Shown: one piece after another, positions 19,958 to 30,300 of the stretch
Numbering within the stretch: the stretch's first letter is position 1
How the letters are laid out: each line of letters starts with the position of its first letter
NCBI GenBank assembly: GCA_040396955.1
Contig: JBBAWX010000006.1
Location: 67,257 to 131,256 of the forward strand
Origin: Roseiflexaceae bacterium
Lineage (GTDB): Bacteria; Chloroflexota; Chloroflexia; Chloroflexales; Roseiflexaceae
DNA: 64,000 nucleotides
Direction: 5' to 3'
The notes under the pieces: model-generated
Told to the model about the DNA's origin: nothing
What the model saw: only the letters and a program-made list of their open reading frames with translations
Database searches by the model: none
Program-made: the position numbers and the translations under genes

Positions 19958-21208
19958 GTGCCAGGATACGATTTTGAGAAGCTGAATCACTACCAAATCT
20001 TGAACGTGGCGCGTGGGGCATCGCTCAACGAAATCAAAAAAGCCTTCCGCCAAGAGATTGCCACGTACCATCCGGACCGCTATGTACGGGCTGGCGATGC
20101 CGATAAGCAGTATGCACGGGCACGAAGTCAACGCATCAACGAGGCCTTCCGGGTGCTCCGTGACCCCAAATTACGCGAACACTACGATGTGAGTATGTCA
20201 GGAACAGCGACCAGTGTCCCGCGACCCAATGTGCCAGTACCGACCGGGCCACTGATACCACGCGATCATCAGGCCGAGCTCTACGACACGGCCCAAGCGC
20301 ATATCGAGGCAGGGCGACTCATCCAAGCGGTCGGTGTACTACGACGACTTCAGCAGATTAATCCGTTTTATCGGGATGTCGCCACACTGCTCACCACCAC
20401 AGAGCTGAGCATTAATGCACGCCAAATGACGATGCCGCACGAGAGCATACGGCGCACCAGCTGGCTCACCGTCAGCATTGTGGTGATGGTGGGAGTGCTG
20501 GTGGGACTGGTGTGGGTGTTGAATGGACGCAACGAAATAGGTGGCGGTCGGGTCGTGCCCACAACCGCAGCCGCAGTCAGTGTGGCCGATACGGCAACTC
20601 CGATTATCACGCGCACACCGCGCCGCACCGCCACGCGCACCGCACTTCCGGCGACACCCACTCTTGAGCAAAACGTATTACTCGACGATACATTTCAGAC
20701 TGCCGACTGGGCGGAGGCCACTGGTGACACGTGGAGCACGCGCTATGCGGACAAACGGTACTTGCTCCAAGCACAAGCGGGTGGAGATGCGGCATGGAGT
20801 TACCGCCCCGTGGAGCAGAGTGATATTGTGGTCACGGCCGACATCGAGGTACTGAGTGGGCGAGGTGGCATCATGCTCCGTTATCTCAACGAGAGCGATT
20901 TCGTGGCGTTCGTCATTGACCCGACCACACAAACGTATGCACTCTTGCAGCGCCAAGGCGCAAGCTTCACCGAGTTGACCACTGGCACATCCCCAGCCAT
21001 CAAAACCGGTGCCAACGCCAACAACCAGCTTGAGGCCAGTGTAGTGGGGCAGACGGTCGCCATGACCATCAACGGCAACGTGGTCACCGAGCAATTCATA
21101 GAGCAGATTGCCAACAGCGCCCGCTTTGGCCTCATCGCCATCCCGACCAGTCAAGATGCAGAGGTTGCTGCGAGTCGCATCACCGTGCGTCTACCAGTGG
21201 CACCCTAA
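19958..21208 (+). CDS. J-domain (DnaJ-like) membrane protein with C-terminal lectin/jelly-roll-like domain
   Basis: 416 aa. J-domain YQILNV...KKAFRQEIATYHPDR, one TM helix (WLTVSIVVMVGVLVGLVWVL), a Thr/Pro/Arg linker, then a beta-rich domain of about 180 aa. Confidence 0.75.
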   Translation: MPGYDFEKLNHYQILNVARGASLNEIKKAFRQEIATYHPDRYVRAGDADKQYARARSQRINEAFRVLRDPKLREHYDVSMSGTATSVPRPNVPVPTGPLIPRDHQAELYDTAQAHIEAGRLIQAVGVLRRLQQINPFYRDVATLLTTTELSINARQMTMPHESIRRTSWLTVSIVVMVGVLVGLVWVLNGRNEIGGGRVVPTTAAAVSVADTATPIITRTPRRTATRTALPATPTLEQNVLLDDTFQTADWAEATGDTWSTRYADKRYLLQAQAGGDAAWSYRPVEQSDIVVTADIEVLSGRGGIMLRYLNESDFVAFVIDPTTQTYALLQRQGASFTELTTGTSPAIKTGANANNQLEASVVGQTVAMTINGNVVTEQFIEQIANSARFGLIAIPTSQDAEVAASRITVRLPVAP

Positions 21209-21221
21209 CGATGCACGCACG

Positions 21222-22721
21222 CTAGGGGTTGGCGTTGTCGCTACCAACCACGACCACGATGTCGGCGCTACTCTGAATACTCTCCGGTGGCGGACCCACC
21301 ACGACCCGACCTGGGATGATGTTGGCGATTTGGGCGGCCTGTTGCGGATGCCCGTTCACATCATAAATAATCGTTTCGGTGATGATGTCAGGGGCATCAC
21401 CAGGAACATCGGTGGTAAAGCCGACTGCCGCGAGCTGATCACTGATGCGCCGTGCCAATCCGCCCACCCTCGCCCCATTAAACACTTGAATACGTGCCAC
21501 TGACTCGGTCTGGCTGAACCCCAACAGTGTGCGGGCCTGGGTCTGCAGGTCGTTCCATGTTTTGGTGGCATCGCTGATGAACTGATTGAACACATCGCTG
21601 CCAATGCTGACCGGTGCTGCTGTGGTTGAAGCGCCAGCACTTACCAGCCACAGCTCGACCAGTGCTTTCACCCCAACTGGATCCCACAAAATATCACTGC
21701 CATCGACCGTATAGCGTTCGATGCTATCGGGCGCCATACGAAATTGGGCGATGTCGGCGACTTCAAGATTCACGAACGTCATCACAAGGGCTGCCGCCAT
21801 GACGGGATCGTTGAGTGGCATGGTGGTTTTGAGGGTGCCACCAAGAATATCAGGTGCCTGATTGAACAGACCAATGGCGGCAAACGGACCACGCTGACGC
21901 ATTTCGGCCAACATCGCTTGAATGACCTGTTGTTGGCGTTGGTTGCGACCAAAATCGTTATCGGCATGACGTGTACGCGCATATATGAGGGCTTGTTCAC
22001 CCGTCATACGTTGTACACCTTGGGCAAATTCAATGCGCATGACGCCGTAATCGGCGGTGGGGTAGGCCTCATCGACGATACGTTTGGGCACATCGACGGT
22101 AATCCCGCCGAGTGCATCAACGAGAGCGGCAAACCCGGCAAAGTTGAGCTGCGTCATATAGTCGACGCGGTACCCGTATTGGCGAATGCCGGTCATCGTT
22201 TCAACGGTCTCTGCAGCCAATGCCATGCCGGATTCTTGCTGACTGACGTCACCAGCATAGAGGTCGTTGGGGTGGAGATACCCGTAGGCGTAGGCGCTGT
22301 TGATTTTGCCTTGGCCACGCCCACGGACATCGACGCGCGTATCGCGCGGGATGGAGAGCAGACTCATGCGTCCATCACGCGGGTTGACCCGGAGAAGCAC
22401 CAACGTGTCGCTACGCACCCCGTCCCCCTCATCACCGGCACGTTCATCGACACCCACCAACAACACGGTGAAGCCGTCGAGATTCACGCTACTTGGGCGT
22501 TCGATGCGGGGATCATTGGCCACCACGGCCCGAGCAATGGCATTGAGCTGAATGACAAACGCAACGACCGGAATGAGGATACCCAGGAGCACCCATACCC
22601 ACCGTCGCGAGGTGGTCGTAGGTGGTGGAGCAACCAACTTGCGGATACGACTGGTGCGTGGCAGAATGATGGTTGAGCCGGGGGTAACTCCATCACGGAG
22701 ACGGCGTTCTGGCTTGTTCAT
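21222..22721 (-). CDS. LytR-CpsA-Psr (LCP) family cell-envelope glycopolymer transferase with LytR_C domain
   Basis: 499 aa. N-terminal TM helix, LCP core (LLVGVDER...RSDTLVLLRV...LSIPRDT...INSAYAYG), and a C-terminal RIQVFNGARVGGLARRISDQL segment. Confidence 0.8.
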   Translation of the reverse strand: MNKPERRLRDGVTPGSTIILPRTSRIRKLVAPPPTTTSRRWVWVLLGILIPVVAFVIQLNAIARAVVANDPRIERPSSVNLDGFTVLLVGVDERAGDEGDGVRSDTLVLLRVNPRDGRMSLLSIPRDTRVDVRGRGQGKINSAYAYGYLHPNDLYAGDVSQQESGMALAAETVETMTGIRQYGYRVDYMTQLNFAGFAALVDALGGITVDVPKRIVDEAYPTADYGVMRIEFAQGVQRMTGEQALIYARTRHADNDFGRNQRQQQVIQAMLAEMRQRGPFAAIGLFNQAPDILGGTLKTTMPLNDPVMAAALVMTFVNLEVADIAQFRMAPDSIERYTVDGSDILWDPVGVKALVELWLVSAGASTTAAPVSIGSDVFNQFISDATKTWNDLQTQARTLLGFSQTESVARIQVFNGARVGGLARRISDQLAAVGFTTDVPGDAPDIITETIIYDVNGHPQQAAQIANIIPGRVVVGPPPESIQSSADIVVVVGSDNANP

Positions 22722-22896
22722 GAATACCTCCGCGCAAACAGACTCAGACCCTATGTGAGCATGAGCACCGTTCAGGCACTAGCGTGTACACCACGTCTGG
22801 TTATTGCTATTATACGCATTCCTACGGATTTCCCTGCACACGGCGTGGTCCGGCAACTACGCTCGTTCACGCTCTGGTGGAAAGAAGACCAGTCTC

Positions 22897-23907
22897 ATGT
22901 CGAAGCATGCTCCCCGAATGCTCCCCGCACCGGCACCACGGCACCCGCACCTGCGCCAACCGGCCGATGTGACATATAGCCGCCGCTGGCAATTATTCAT
23001 CATGCTGGCGGGATTATGGGGGTGGCAACAACTCCGGCACCGACATTGGCGGCACTTCACATCTGCACTGGCAGCAACACTCGGCGTGGCGTGGTATGCG
23101 CGCTACCGCGAACCAGCGACCCCAGTACTACGGCACATCGAGATTTGTGATCCACGCATCCCGGCAGCATTCGACGGCTTCACGATTGGCCAGATAAGTG
23201 ATATTCATCTTGGGCAGCCCCACAGCCACGCCAATTTGCACTGGGCGCGTGATTGTATGCGCACCATGCAACCCGATTTGATTGTGTTTACGGGGGATTT
23301 GGTCAATGAGCGCCCTGCCATTGGCACGTTGGCCTACGAACTCACCCAATTTCAGGCACCCATGGGGTGCTTTGCAATTGCAGGCAACCACGACTATGTG
23401 GAAGAGATCGACGATGTCACCCAGGCCTGTGCACTCGGCGGCGTCCCACTTTTGCGCAACACGGGAGTAGCACTCCGGCGTGCCGGGGCCACGCTGTGGC
23501 TGGCCGGGGTCGACGATATTTGGCATGGAGCGATGCGCATCGACCATGCATTACAGGGTGGTGAGCGGCACCCCACCATCTTGTTGGCGCATGCGCCCGA
23601 CATCGTGCTACAGGCGTGCGCCTACTCCAACGTGGTACTGCAATTATCGGGGCATGTCCATGGTGGGCATCTCCACGCACCACTCCTCGGGCCACTTGCC
23701 CGCCCACGCTATGGGGTACACTATACACGAGGCACACATCGGGTCGGCACCACGTGGATGCATGTCTCAATGGGGCTCAGCGGGCGGGCACTGCGCTTCG
23801 GCAGTCCACCTGAAGTTGCTCTGATTACCTTGCGCCATCAGGCGCCCACCACACAAGGAACACCGGCATGCAACGCATCAACGGGAGCGTCTGGAGCATC
23901 GACATGA
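22897..23907 (+). CDS. membrane-anchored calcineurin-like metallophosphoesterase
   Basis: 336 aa from ATG 22897. DIHLG, GDLVN, GNHD and GHVHGG motifs, with two N-terminal hydrophobic helices. Confidence 0.8.
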   Translation: MSKHAPRMLPAPAPRHPHLRQPADVTYSRRWQLFIMLAGLWGWQQLRHRHWRHFTSALAATLGVAWYARYREPATPVLRHIEICDPRIPAAFDGFTIGQISDIHLGQPHSHANLHWARDCMRTMQPDLIVFTGDLVNERPAIGTLAYELTQFQAPMGCFAIAGNHDYVEEIDDVTQACALGGVPLLRNTGVALRRAGATLWLAGVDDIWHGAMRIDHALQGGERHPTILLAHAPDIVLQACAYSNVVLQLSGHVHGGHLHAPLLGPLARPRYGVHYTRGTHRVGTTWMHVSMGLSGRALRFGSPPEVALITLRHQAPTTQGTPACNASTGASGAST

Positions 23908-24251
23908 TTGCCATCATTGTATTTGCCGCATTGGGACGCCAAAATCACAATGAAAGCAATCCACCCCTCGAAATCCTCATCACCGCTGCCCCCTTCATGA
24001 TTGGTTGGAGTTGGGTGGCATGGTTGAGTGGAGCACTCACTCGCCAACCCATCAAACGCTGGCTGTGGTTGACGTTTGTCACCAATGTGGCAGCGGTAGC
24101 CATGGGATTAGGGGTGCGCAGTATCTGGCTTTCGCGCCCCATCCCGTTGAGCTTCGCAGTGGTCACATTCCTGGTGATTACTGCCTTACTGCTTGTTGTA
24201 CGTCTCGCCCAAATTCCGCGTATTGCCAAGGAGGTAGTCCATCATGAGTGA
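23904..24251 (+). CDS. DUF3054-like small membrane protein
   Basis: 115 aa from the ATG in an ATGA overlap with the previous stop. IVFAALGRQNHNE...APFMIGW resembles the DUF3054 pattern. Four hydrophobic segments. Confidence 0.55.
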   Translation: MIAIIVFAALGRQNHNESNPPLEILITAAPFMIGWSWVAWLSGALTRQPIKRWLWLTFVTNVAAVAMGLGVRSIWLSRPIPLSFAVVTFLVITALLLVVRLAQIPRIAKEVVHHE

Positions 24252-24888
24252 CACTGTTTTGACCTTGATTCGACACGGACAATCGTTTGCCAACGTGGAG
24301 CCCATCGTTGAATCATACAGTTGCCGTGGGCTGACACCACTGGGCACAAGCCAAGCCGAGCAGCTCGCAGCGCGCTTCCGTGCTGAGCAGACGACCTTTG
24401 ATGTGCTCTATGCGAGCACGCTCAAACGGGCGCGTATGACTGCCGAAATCATTGCCCCCGCGCTCGGATTACCAATTATCTGGGAAGACGACCTGCATGA
24501 GCTACGTGTGGGCGAGGTTGACGGCATGTGCTATGCCGATGTCACCAAGCAATACCCTTCGTTTGACCGTGGCATCAAGGATTACCACGTACGCGTAGCT
24601 CCCAACGGTGAAAGCTGGAACGAATTTGCGACGCGATGCGCCCGTGTGCTTCATACCATTACGGCCGCCCACCCAGGGGCGCGGATTGCGGTGGTTTGCC
24701 ACGGCGGTGTCATTGAAAGCTCGTTTTTGTGGGCGCTCAACTTAAATGCAGGCGCGCGGCACGGCGTCTCATTTCCTGCGCACAATACTGCCATGACGGT
24801 TTGGAAGCAACACATTAGCCCCTACGATGGCCGGCTGGAATGGCAACTGTCTAGTCACAACGATCACACGCATTTACGCACCCTGTAG
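24244..24888 (+). CDS. histidine phosphatase family protein (phosphoglycerate mutase-like)
   Basis: 214 aa. LIRHGQSFAN (RHG catalytic motif) and a downstream VCHGGVI. AGGAGG SD. 8-nt overlap with the previous gene. Confidence 0.85.
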   Translation: MSDTVLTLIRHGQSFANVEPIVESYSCRGLTPLGTSQAEQLAARFRAEQTTFDVLYASTLKRARMTAEIIAPALGLPIIWEDDLHELRVGEVDGMCYADVTKQYPSFDRGIKDYHVRVAPNGESWNEFATRCARVLHTITAAHPGARIAVVCHGGVIESSFLWALNLNAGARHGVSFPAHNTAMTVWKQHISPYDGRLEWQLSSHNDHTHLRTL

Positions 24889-24998
24889 CCTGAGTGCACG
24901 CACAACCATGGAGCAAATTGCCGACTCCCCCACGAAACCAGTCGCATTCTCTGTGTATAATACGAGTAATTGCACATAGTATTGAGAACTATTGTCGT

Positions 24999-27368
24999 AT
25001 GAGTGACCTACCACCCACATCGCCACAACAGCGGCTACCACGCATCACGTGGGAGCATGTTTTTTGGGTCGTGATTATCCTATTGAGCATCCTCACGCGT
25101 CTCTGGGCGCTCGGAGATCGCGCCCTGCATCACGACGAAACGTTGCATGCCGAATACTCATACTCACTCTTTGCGGGGCTTGGTTTCGTGCATGATCCAT
25201 TGCTCCATGGGCCATTTTTGTACATCATGGGGGCGGTGGCGTACTTTTTCTTTGGTGATAACGACACCACCGCACGGTTGTCACCGGCCATCTTCAGCAT
25301 TGCATTGGGGCTGACCCCTTTGCTTCTACGCCGTGAACTCGGGCGCAGCGGCACAGTAATTGCCGCACTCATGTTGCTCTGTTCGCCGGTTTTTTTGTAT
25401 ATTGGGCGTTTTTTCCGACACGACATCTACGCGGTTGTCTATGAAGTGTTGGTGCTTATCGCCATTATCCGCTATGCACATCAGCACAACCCTCGCTGGA
25501 TTTTCATTGGCATGGTTGCGATGAGTCTCATGCTGACCACACTAGAAACGGCCTATCTTTACTTGGCCATTTTCTTACCAGTCATCGTGGCGGTATTTTT
25601 TTGGCAGGTCTGGAAACCCGGTTTGGCCGTGGTTGCGGCCACCGGCATGCTGATTGTGGCCAGTGTCTTCGTATTGCCCGGGCAAGCACGCCCGGCCGAC
25701 CTCCCCAGCGAAGATGTCACCGTAAGCCGGGTGGACGGGCAATATACCTGCCCAAGTAGTCCACTTGACGCGTACCGCGACAACCCGATTATCACGGCCC
25801 AACCGGGACCGTTGTTTGGTTGGGGCGCACTTGAGACGGTCGACAACAGTTATGCCCTGTGCGTACGCCACCAGCCCGACAACGACATTGGCGCGTATCT
25901 GTACAAACTTTGGCAGTTCTTTCGTCACCCGGCCATTCTCACGGCCCTTGTGGGGCTGATAGCCGGCGTTGCCAGTCTGTGGTATCTGGTGTGGCGGCGG
26001 CGTGGCGCTGACGGTCAGACCATTTGGGAGCAGGCCAGTGCCAGCACCAACCCGATTGTCGCCATTTACCGCAGTCTCGCAGTTGACGGTCGCATCCCGC
26101 GAGCCATCGGACTCGCCTTGATCCCCTACACGCTCTTTTTTAGCTCGTTTTTGGCCAACCCGGTGGGCATCATCAGTGGCACGACTGGATCGTTGTTGTA
26201 CTGGTTGGCACAGCACGAAGTCAAGCGTGGTGGCCAACCCGACCACTACTACGCGGTCATGCTCGCCATTTATGCCCCCTTCATCGTCTGTGCGGGCATC
26301 GCCAGCCTCATCCTGGTCGGCATTCGCAGTGTGCGCATGATTCGTACCGGTGCGTTGCCCAGTCGGCAGTTGGCCGTTGGCATGTTACTTGCCTGGTGGT
26401 CGCTGGGGGCGTTTTTCATTTTTTCATGGGCCGGCGAAAAAATGCCGTGGCTGACAATCCACCCGCTCACGCCACTCACGTTTTTGGCGGCCTGGGGGCT
26501 CGGGCAACTCATCGACGCCTGGATTGACAATCATCGCCACCAGCCCGAAGGGCGTACTGGTGTGCTTACCGTAGCCGGTATGGCAGGAATTGTGGCCTTT
26601 GTGGCAACCATTTTGATGATGATGGCCATCAATCCACAGGGAAGTTATGCAGCAGTAACGCCGTGGATCCCAGTGGCCTTCATAATCATTTGCACGGCGC
26701 TCGCCGTTGTACACATCCCTAGCCATGGTCGATTGTGGAGCCTCGGGCTACTCGTCTGCGTTTTGAGCACTCCCCTGGCGCTTTACGAAATTCGCAGTGC
26801 TTGGCGGCTCAGTTTCATCAACGGCGACATCCCCAAAGAGATGATGATTTACACGCAGACCTCACCCGACGCAGTGCGGGTAGTACGTGATTTGAGCGAG
26901 GCGTCGCTCCGGCGATCGGGCGACCTGAGCATGCCCATGTGGCACGACAACGAGACCATCTGGGACTGGTACTTCCGGCGTTTCAACAACGGCATTGAGC
27001 AGCCACCTGGTCCGCCGGCAGTGCCCGGCGATGAGGTGATGGCGATCGTCATTCTCGACGAAAATTTGCGCTACGTCGACGAAAGCACGCTCCCCGGGTT
27101 CCTCATCCAGCGCTATCCGTTGCGCTGGTGGTTCCCCGAAGACCAGATATACCGCCTATCCGAAAACTGGTTGGAGCAACCCGTTGATGCGAGTGATCCA
27201 CTGTTGGCGCGTGTATTACGCCAGCCGTTCGAAACAGAGACCGCCGTCGCTACCTGGCGCTACTTGCTTTATCGCGACCCTGGCTTCCCGTTGGGTTCTT
27301 CGGATTTTTATGTGGCCGTCCGTCCCGAAATTGCGCCATTCATGAGCCTTGGGCTCGGTGCTCGTTAA
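24999..27368 (+). CDS. TIGR03663-type polytopic GT-C-fold glycosyltransferase-like membrane protein
   Basis: 789 aa from ATG 24999, more than 12 TM segments. N-terminal loop HHDETLHAEY and HDPLLHGPFLY carry the DE dipeptide and HGP tripeptide that I recall as the invariant marks of TIGR03663 (PMT/ArnT-like). Shares FSWAGEKMPWLT and YTQTSPD motifs with the next gene. Confidence 0.7.
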   Translation: MSDLPPTSPQQRLPRITWEHVFWVVIILLSILTRLWALGDRALHHDETLHAEYSYSLFAGLGFVHDPLLHGPFLYIMGAVAYFFFGDNDTTARLSPAIFSIALGLTPLLLRRELGRSGTVIAALMLLCSPVFLYIGRFFRHDIYAVVYEVLVLIAIIRYAHQHNPRWIFIGMVAMSLMLTTLETAYLYLAIFLPVIVAVFFWQVWKPGLAVVAATGMLIVASVFVLPGQARPADLPSEDVTVSRVDGQYTCPSSPLDAYRDNPIITAQPGPLFGWGALETVDNSYALCVRHQPDNDIGAYLYKLWQFFRHPAILTALVGLIAGVASLWYLVWRRRGADGQTIWEQASASTNPIVAIYRSLAVDGRIPRAIGLALIPYTLFFSSFLANPVGIISGTTGSLLYWLAQHEVKRGGQPDHYYAVMLAIYAPFIVCAGIASLILVGIRSVRMIRTGALPSRQLAVGMLLAWWSLGAFFIFSWAGEKMPWLTIHPLTPLTFLAAWGLGQLIDAWIDNHRHQPEGRTGVLTVAGMAGIVAFVATILMMMAINPQGSYAAVTPWIPVAFIIICTALAVVHIPSHGRLWSLGLLVCVLSTPLALYEIRSAWRLSFINGDIPKEMMIYTQTSPDAVRVVRDLSEASLRRSGDLSMPMWHDNETIWDWYFRRFNNGIEQPPGPPAVPGDEVMAIVILDENLRYVDESTLPGFLIQRYPLRWWFPEDQIYRLSENWLEQPVDASDPLLARVLRQPFETETAVATWRYLLYRDPGFPLGSSDFYVAVRPEIAPFMSLGLGAR

Positions 27369-30300
27369 TGACAGCTGTGGGAGAACGCATGTCTGACCAA
27401 ACATCTACTACCACCAATCGCTCGGCTACCCCAGATTCACCGACGCTGACCTCTTGGCTGAGTTGGGAGGGGCTCGCTTTTGCCCTCATCGTGTGTGCGA
27501 GTGTGCTGGTGCACCTTGCACGTCTCGACGTGATGGCCATGCACCACGATGAATCCATTCATGCCTGGTTGAGTTGGCGTTTTTTCACGGGGACAGGTGG
27601 GTTTACCTGTGCCGGTGGCCGTGTCGCCGACACCTACTGTTACGACCCGGTGTACCACGGGCCATCGCTGTACATTTTCACCATCATCTCCTACTTTCTC
27701 TTCGGTGACGGTGATTGGCAGAGTCGCCTACCGCAGGCCATAGCCGGCATCGGCTTGACCCTCTCGGTGGCCTGGCTACGTCCATACTTCGGGCAGCGGG
27801 GCGTACTGTTGGCCATGGTCGGTATAACGCTGACCGCCGTGTTGCTCTACTTCACGCGATTTGCGCGGCACGACGGGCTGATGGTGTTGTGGGTGCTATG
27901 GGTGGTCATCGGATTTTTCCGGTATCTCGATGATGGGCAGCCACGTTGGCTGTGGTTGATGGCGGCTGGCATCGGCTTGGCCATCAGCACCCACGAGCTC
28001 TACTACATCATCGGGTTCTTGTTTGCCTGGTTCCTCGGGCTTCGCATTGTCAGCGAGTACTGGCCAGTGCGCTACTCACGCCTGACACTGCTCGGGCTCA
28101 TTGGGGCCTCACTGGTGGTCGAAGCACTCATCTTGAGTGGCGTGTGGAGTGGCCAGCTTACACCATCGCTCAACGCTGGCGGCATTGCCGTGGTGTTGTT
28201 TTTCGTGGCAATGACGAGCCTGATGGTGCAGCAGCTCTGGGATGCCACACCGGTTGTTGTACCCTTCGCACTCGATAAATGGCGGCATCACCGCCAAGAA
28301 TTATTCGTCGCAATGGGGATTACGGCGGGCATATTTGTCCTCTTGTACGGCAACTTTTTTGCGGACCCGCGTGGCATCCTCGACGGCATGTACCAGGGGT
28401 TGGCCTATTGGCTCGGCTCACAACAATCGTTTGCTCGTGGTGACCAGCCATGGTACTACTACCTGATGATTATGGGCATCAACGAACCCTTGGCTCTTTT
28501 TGGTGGGGTGAGTATCGTGATTGCAGGAGCTGTGGCGGCCGTGCGCAACTGGCAAGCACAGCAAGCCGGCAACGTAGTCGCACGACTCGGCCTGTTCCCC
28601 GTCTTTTTGGTGTACTGGTTTGTGGGCGCGTTGGTCTTTTTTTCGTGGGCCGGAGAAAAGATGCCCTGGCTGACCGCACATATCACGCTCCCCGGGAACC
28701 TGCTCGTCGTCTGGGGTGTGGTCCAGGTGGTGCGTGCTATTCAGATCTCCAATCGGCATTTTTGGTGGATTATCCCGGGGGCCGCAATCCTCGCTTTGAT
28801 GTCGTTGGCGGTGGCCGTGGTGCAGCTCAGCAGTGGGATTGGTTCGGTGCAGGGTGTTTTCCCGCTCATCGCAGCTGCCGGATTTATCTACGTAGTACTG
28901 CACTACTCCGATGTCGTAGGGCGTGAGCACACCGCCCGTCTTGCCCTCTTGAGTGTGGTCATCGTTTTGGCGGCCTACGGTGTACGGGCGAGTTGGTTGG
29001 CGAATTTCGACGCTCCCGATACAGCGCGGGATCCCATTGTATACACACAGACCTCACCAGATGTTCCCCGGATGGTCCGTGATATTACAGAGCTCGCCAT
29101 CAACCAGACCCGCAACCAACGCACCGCCAATGATACTGCGGGTGGATTGTCGATGCCCATCATGCTCGACATTGGTGGCACCGATGGCGGATTGGCATGG
29201 CCGTTTCAGTGGTACTTCCGTGATATGCTCCGCATGGAAAACCGGAGCGGTGACTTCTTCGCTGAGGTGACACCTGACTCATTTTTGGTGGATGCCCCCG
29301 ATGCAAGCCAGCAAATTTTGGTGCCGGTGGTCATGGTGTATACCCCCAACATGACTGAGAACACACGTAGCGTGCTGGAACAAAATTATGTCAAATTATA
29401 CGATGGTCAACTCAATTGGTGGTTCCCGGAGGGGGACAAATGTACGCCGACCAGCCCCGGCTACAAACGGTTCTACTACAGCACCCTGATTGCTCTGAAG
29501 GCCGGAAACGACTGTCCCAGCCTCGACACCACTCAACTACCCACGTTGCTTGCGCCCATCATTTGGCCATTTGACCCGAGCCATTGGCAAGAGACCTGGC
29601 GTTACCTGATGTACCGTGAGCTCCCTGCTGATTTGAGCATCAGCGGCCGTGCCATGGAGGTATGGGTGCGGAGTGATCTCGCTGGTGGCAGCGGGAGTAC
29701 GGCAAGCACGAGTACCAGTACCACATACAAACTAGTAGCAAGCACCAGCTTCAGCGACGGTGAAATGTTGGCTCCGCGTGGCATTGCCGTCGGCAAAGAC
29801 GGCACGGTGGTGGTCGCAGACAGCGATACCCATCAGATATTCATTTTTAACAGTGATGGCACAGTGCGCCAAAAAATCGGCACCCGTGGCAATCGTCCAA
29901 ATGAATTCAATGAACCCCGTGGAGTCGCCATTGACGACAGCGGCAACATCTTTGTGGCCGACACGTGGAACGCACGCGTCGTCAAGCTTTCACCGCAAGG
30001 CGAGTGGTTGGGCAGCTGGGGAAGTGGCACCCAAGACTTCGGCGATGGCCGAGTCGCCAGTGTGACTGACGGCACCCTCGCAGGCAATCAAGCCGATCCG
30101 CTGGGCTTTTTTGGGCCACGTGGTGTGGCGGTCGACGCCCAAGGCAACGTGTACGTCACCGACACCGGCAATAAGCGGGTGGTAGTGACCGACAACGACG
30201 GAACGTACCTCTACCAATGGGGGGAGGCCGGGAGTGCGCCAGGGCAGTTCAACGAACCCATCGGCATCGCTGTTGATGGCGATGGCACGGTGGCCGTGGG

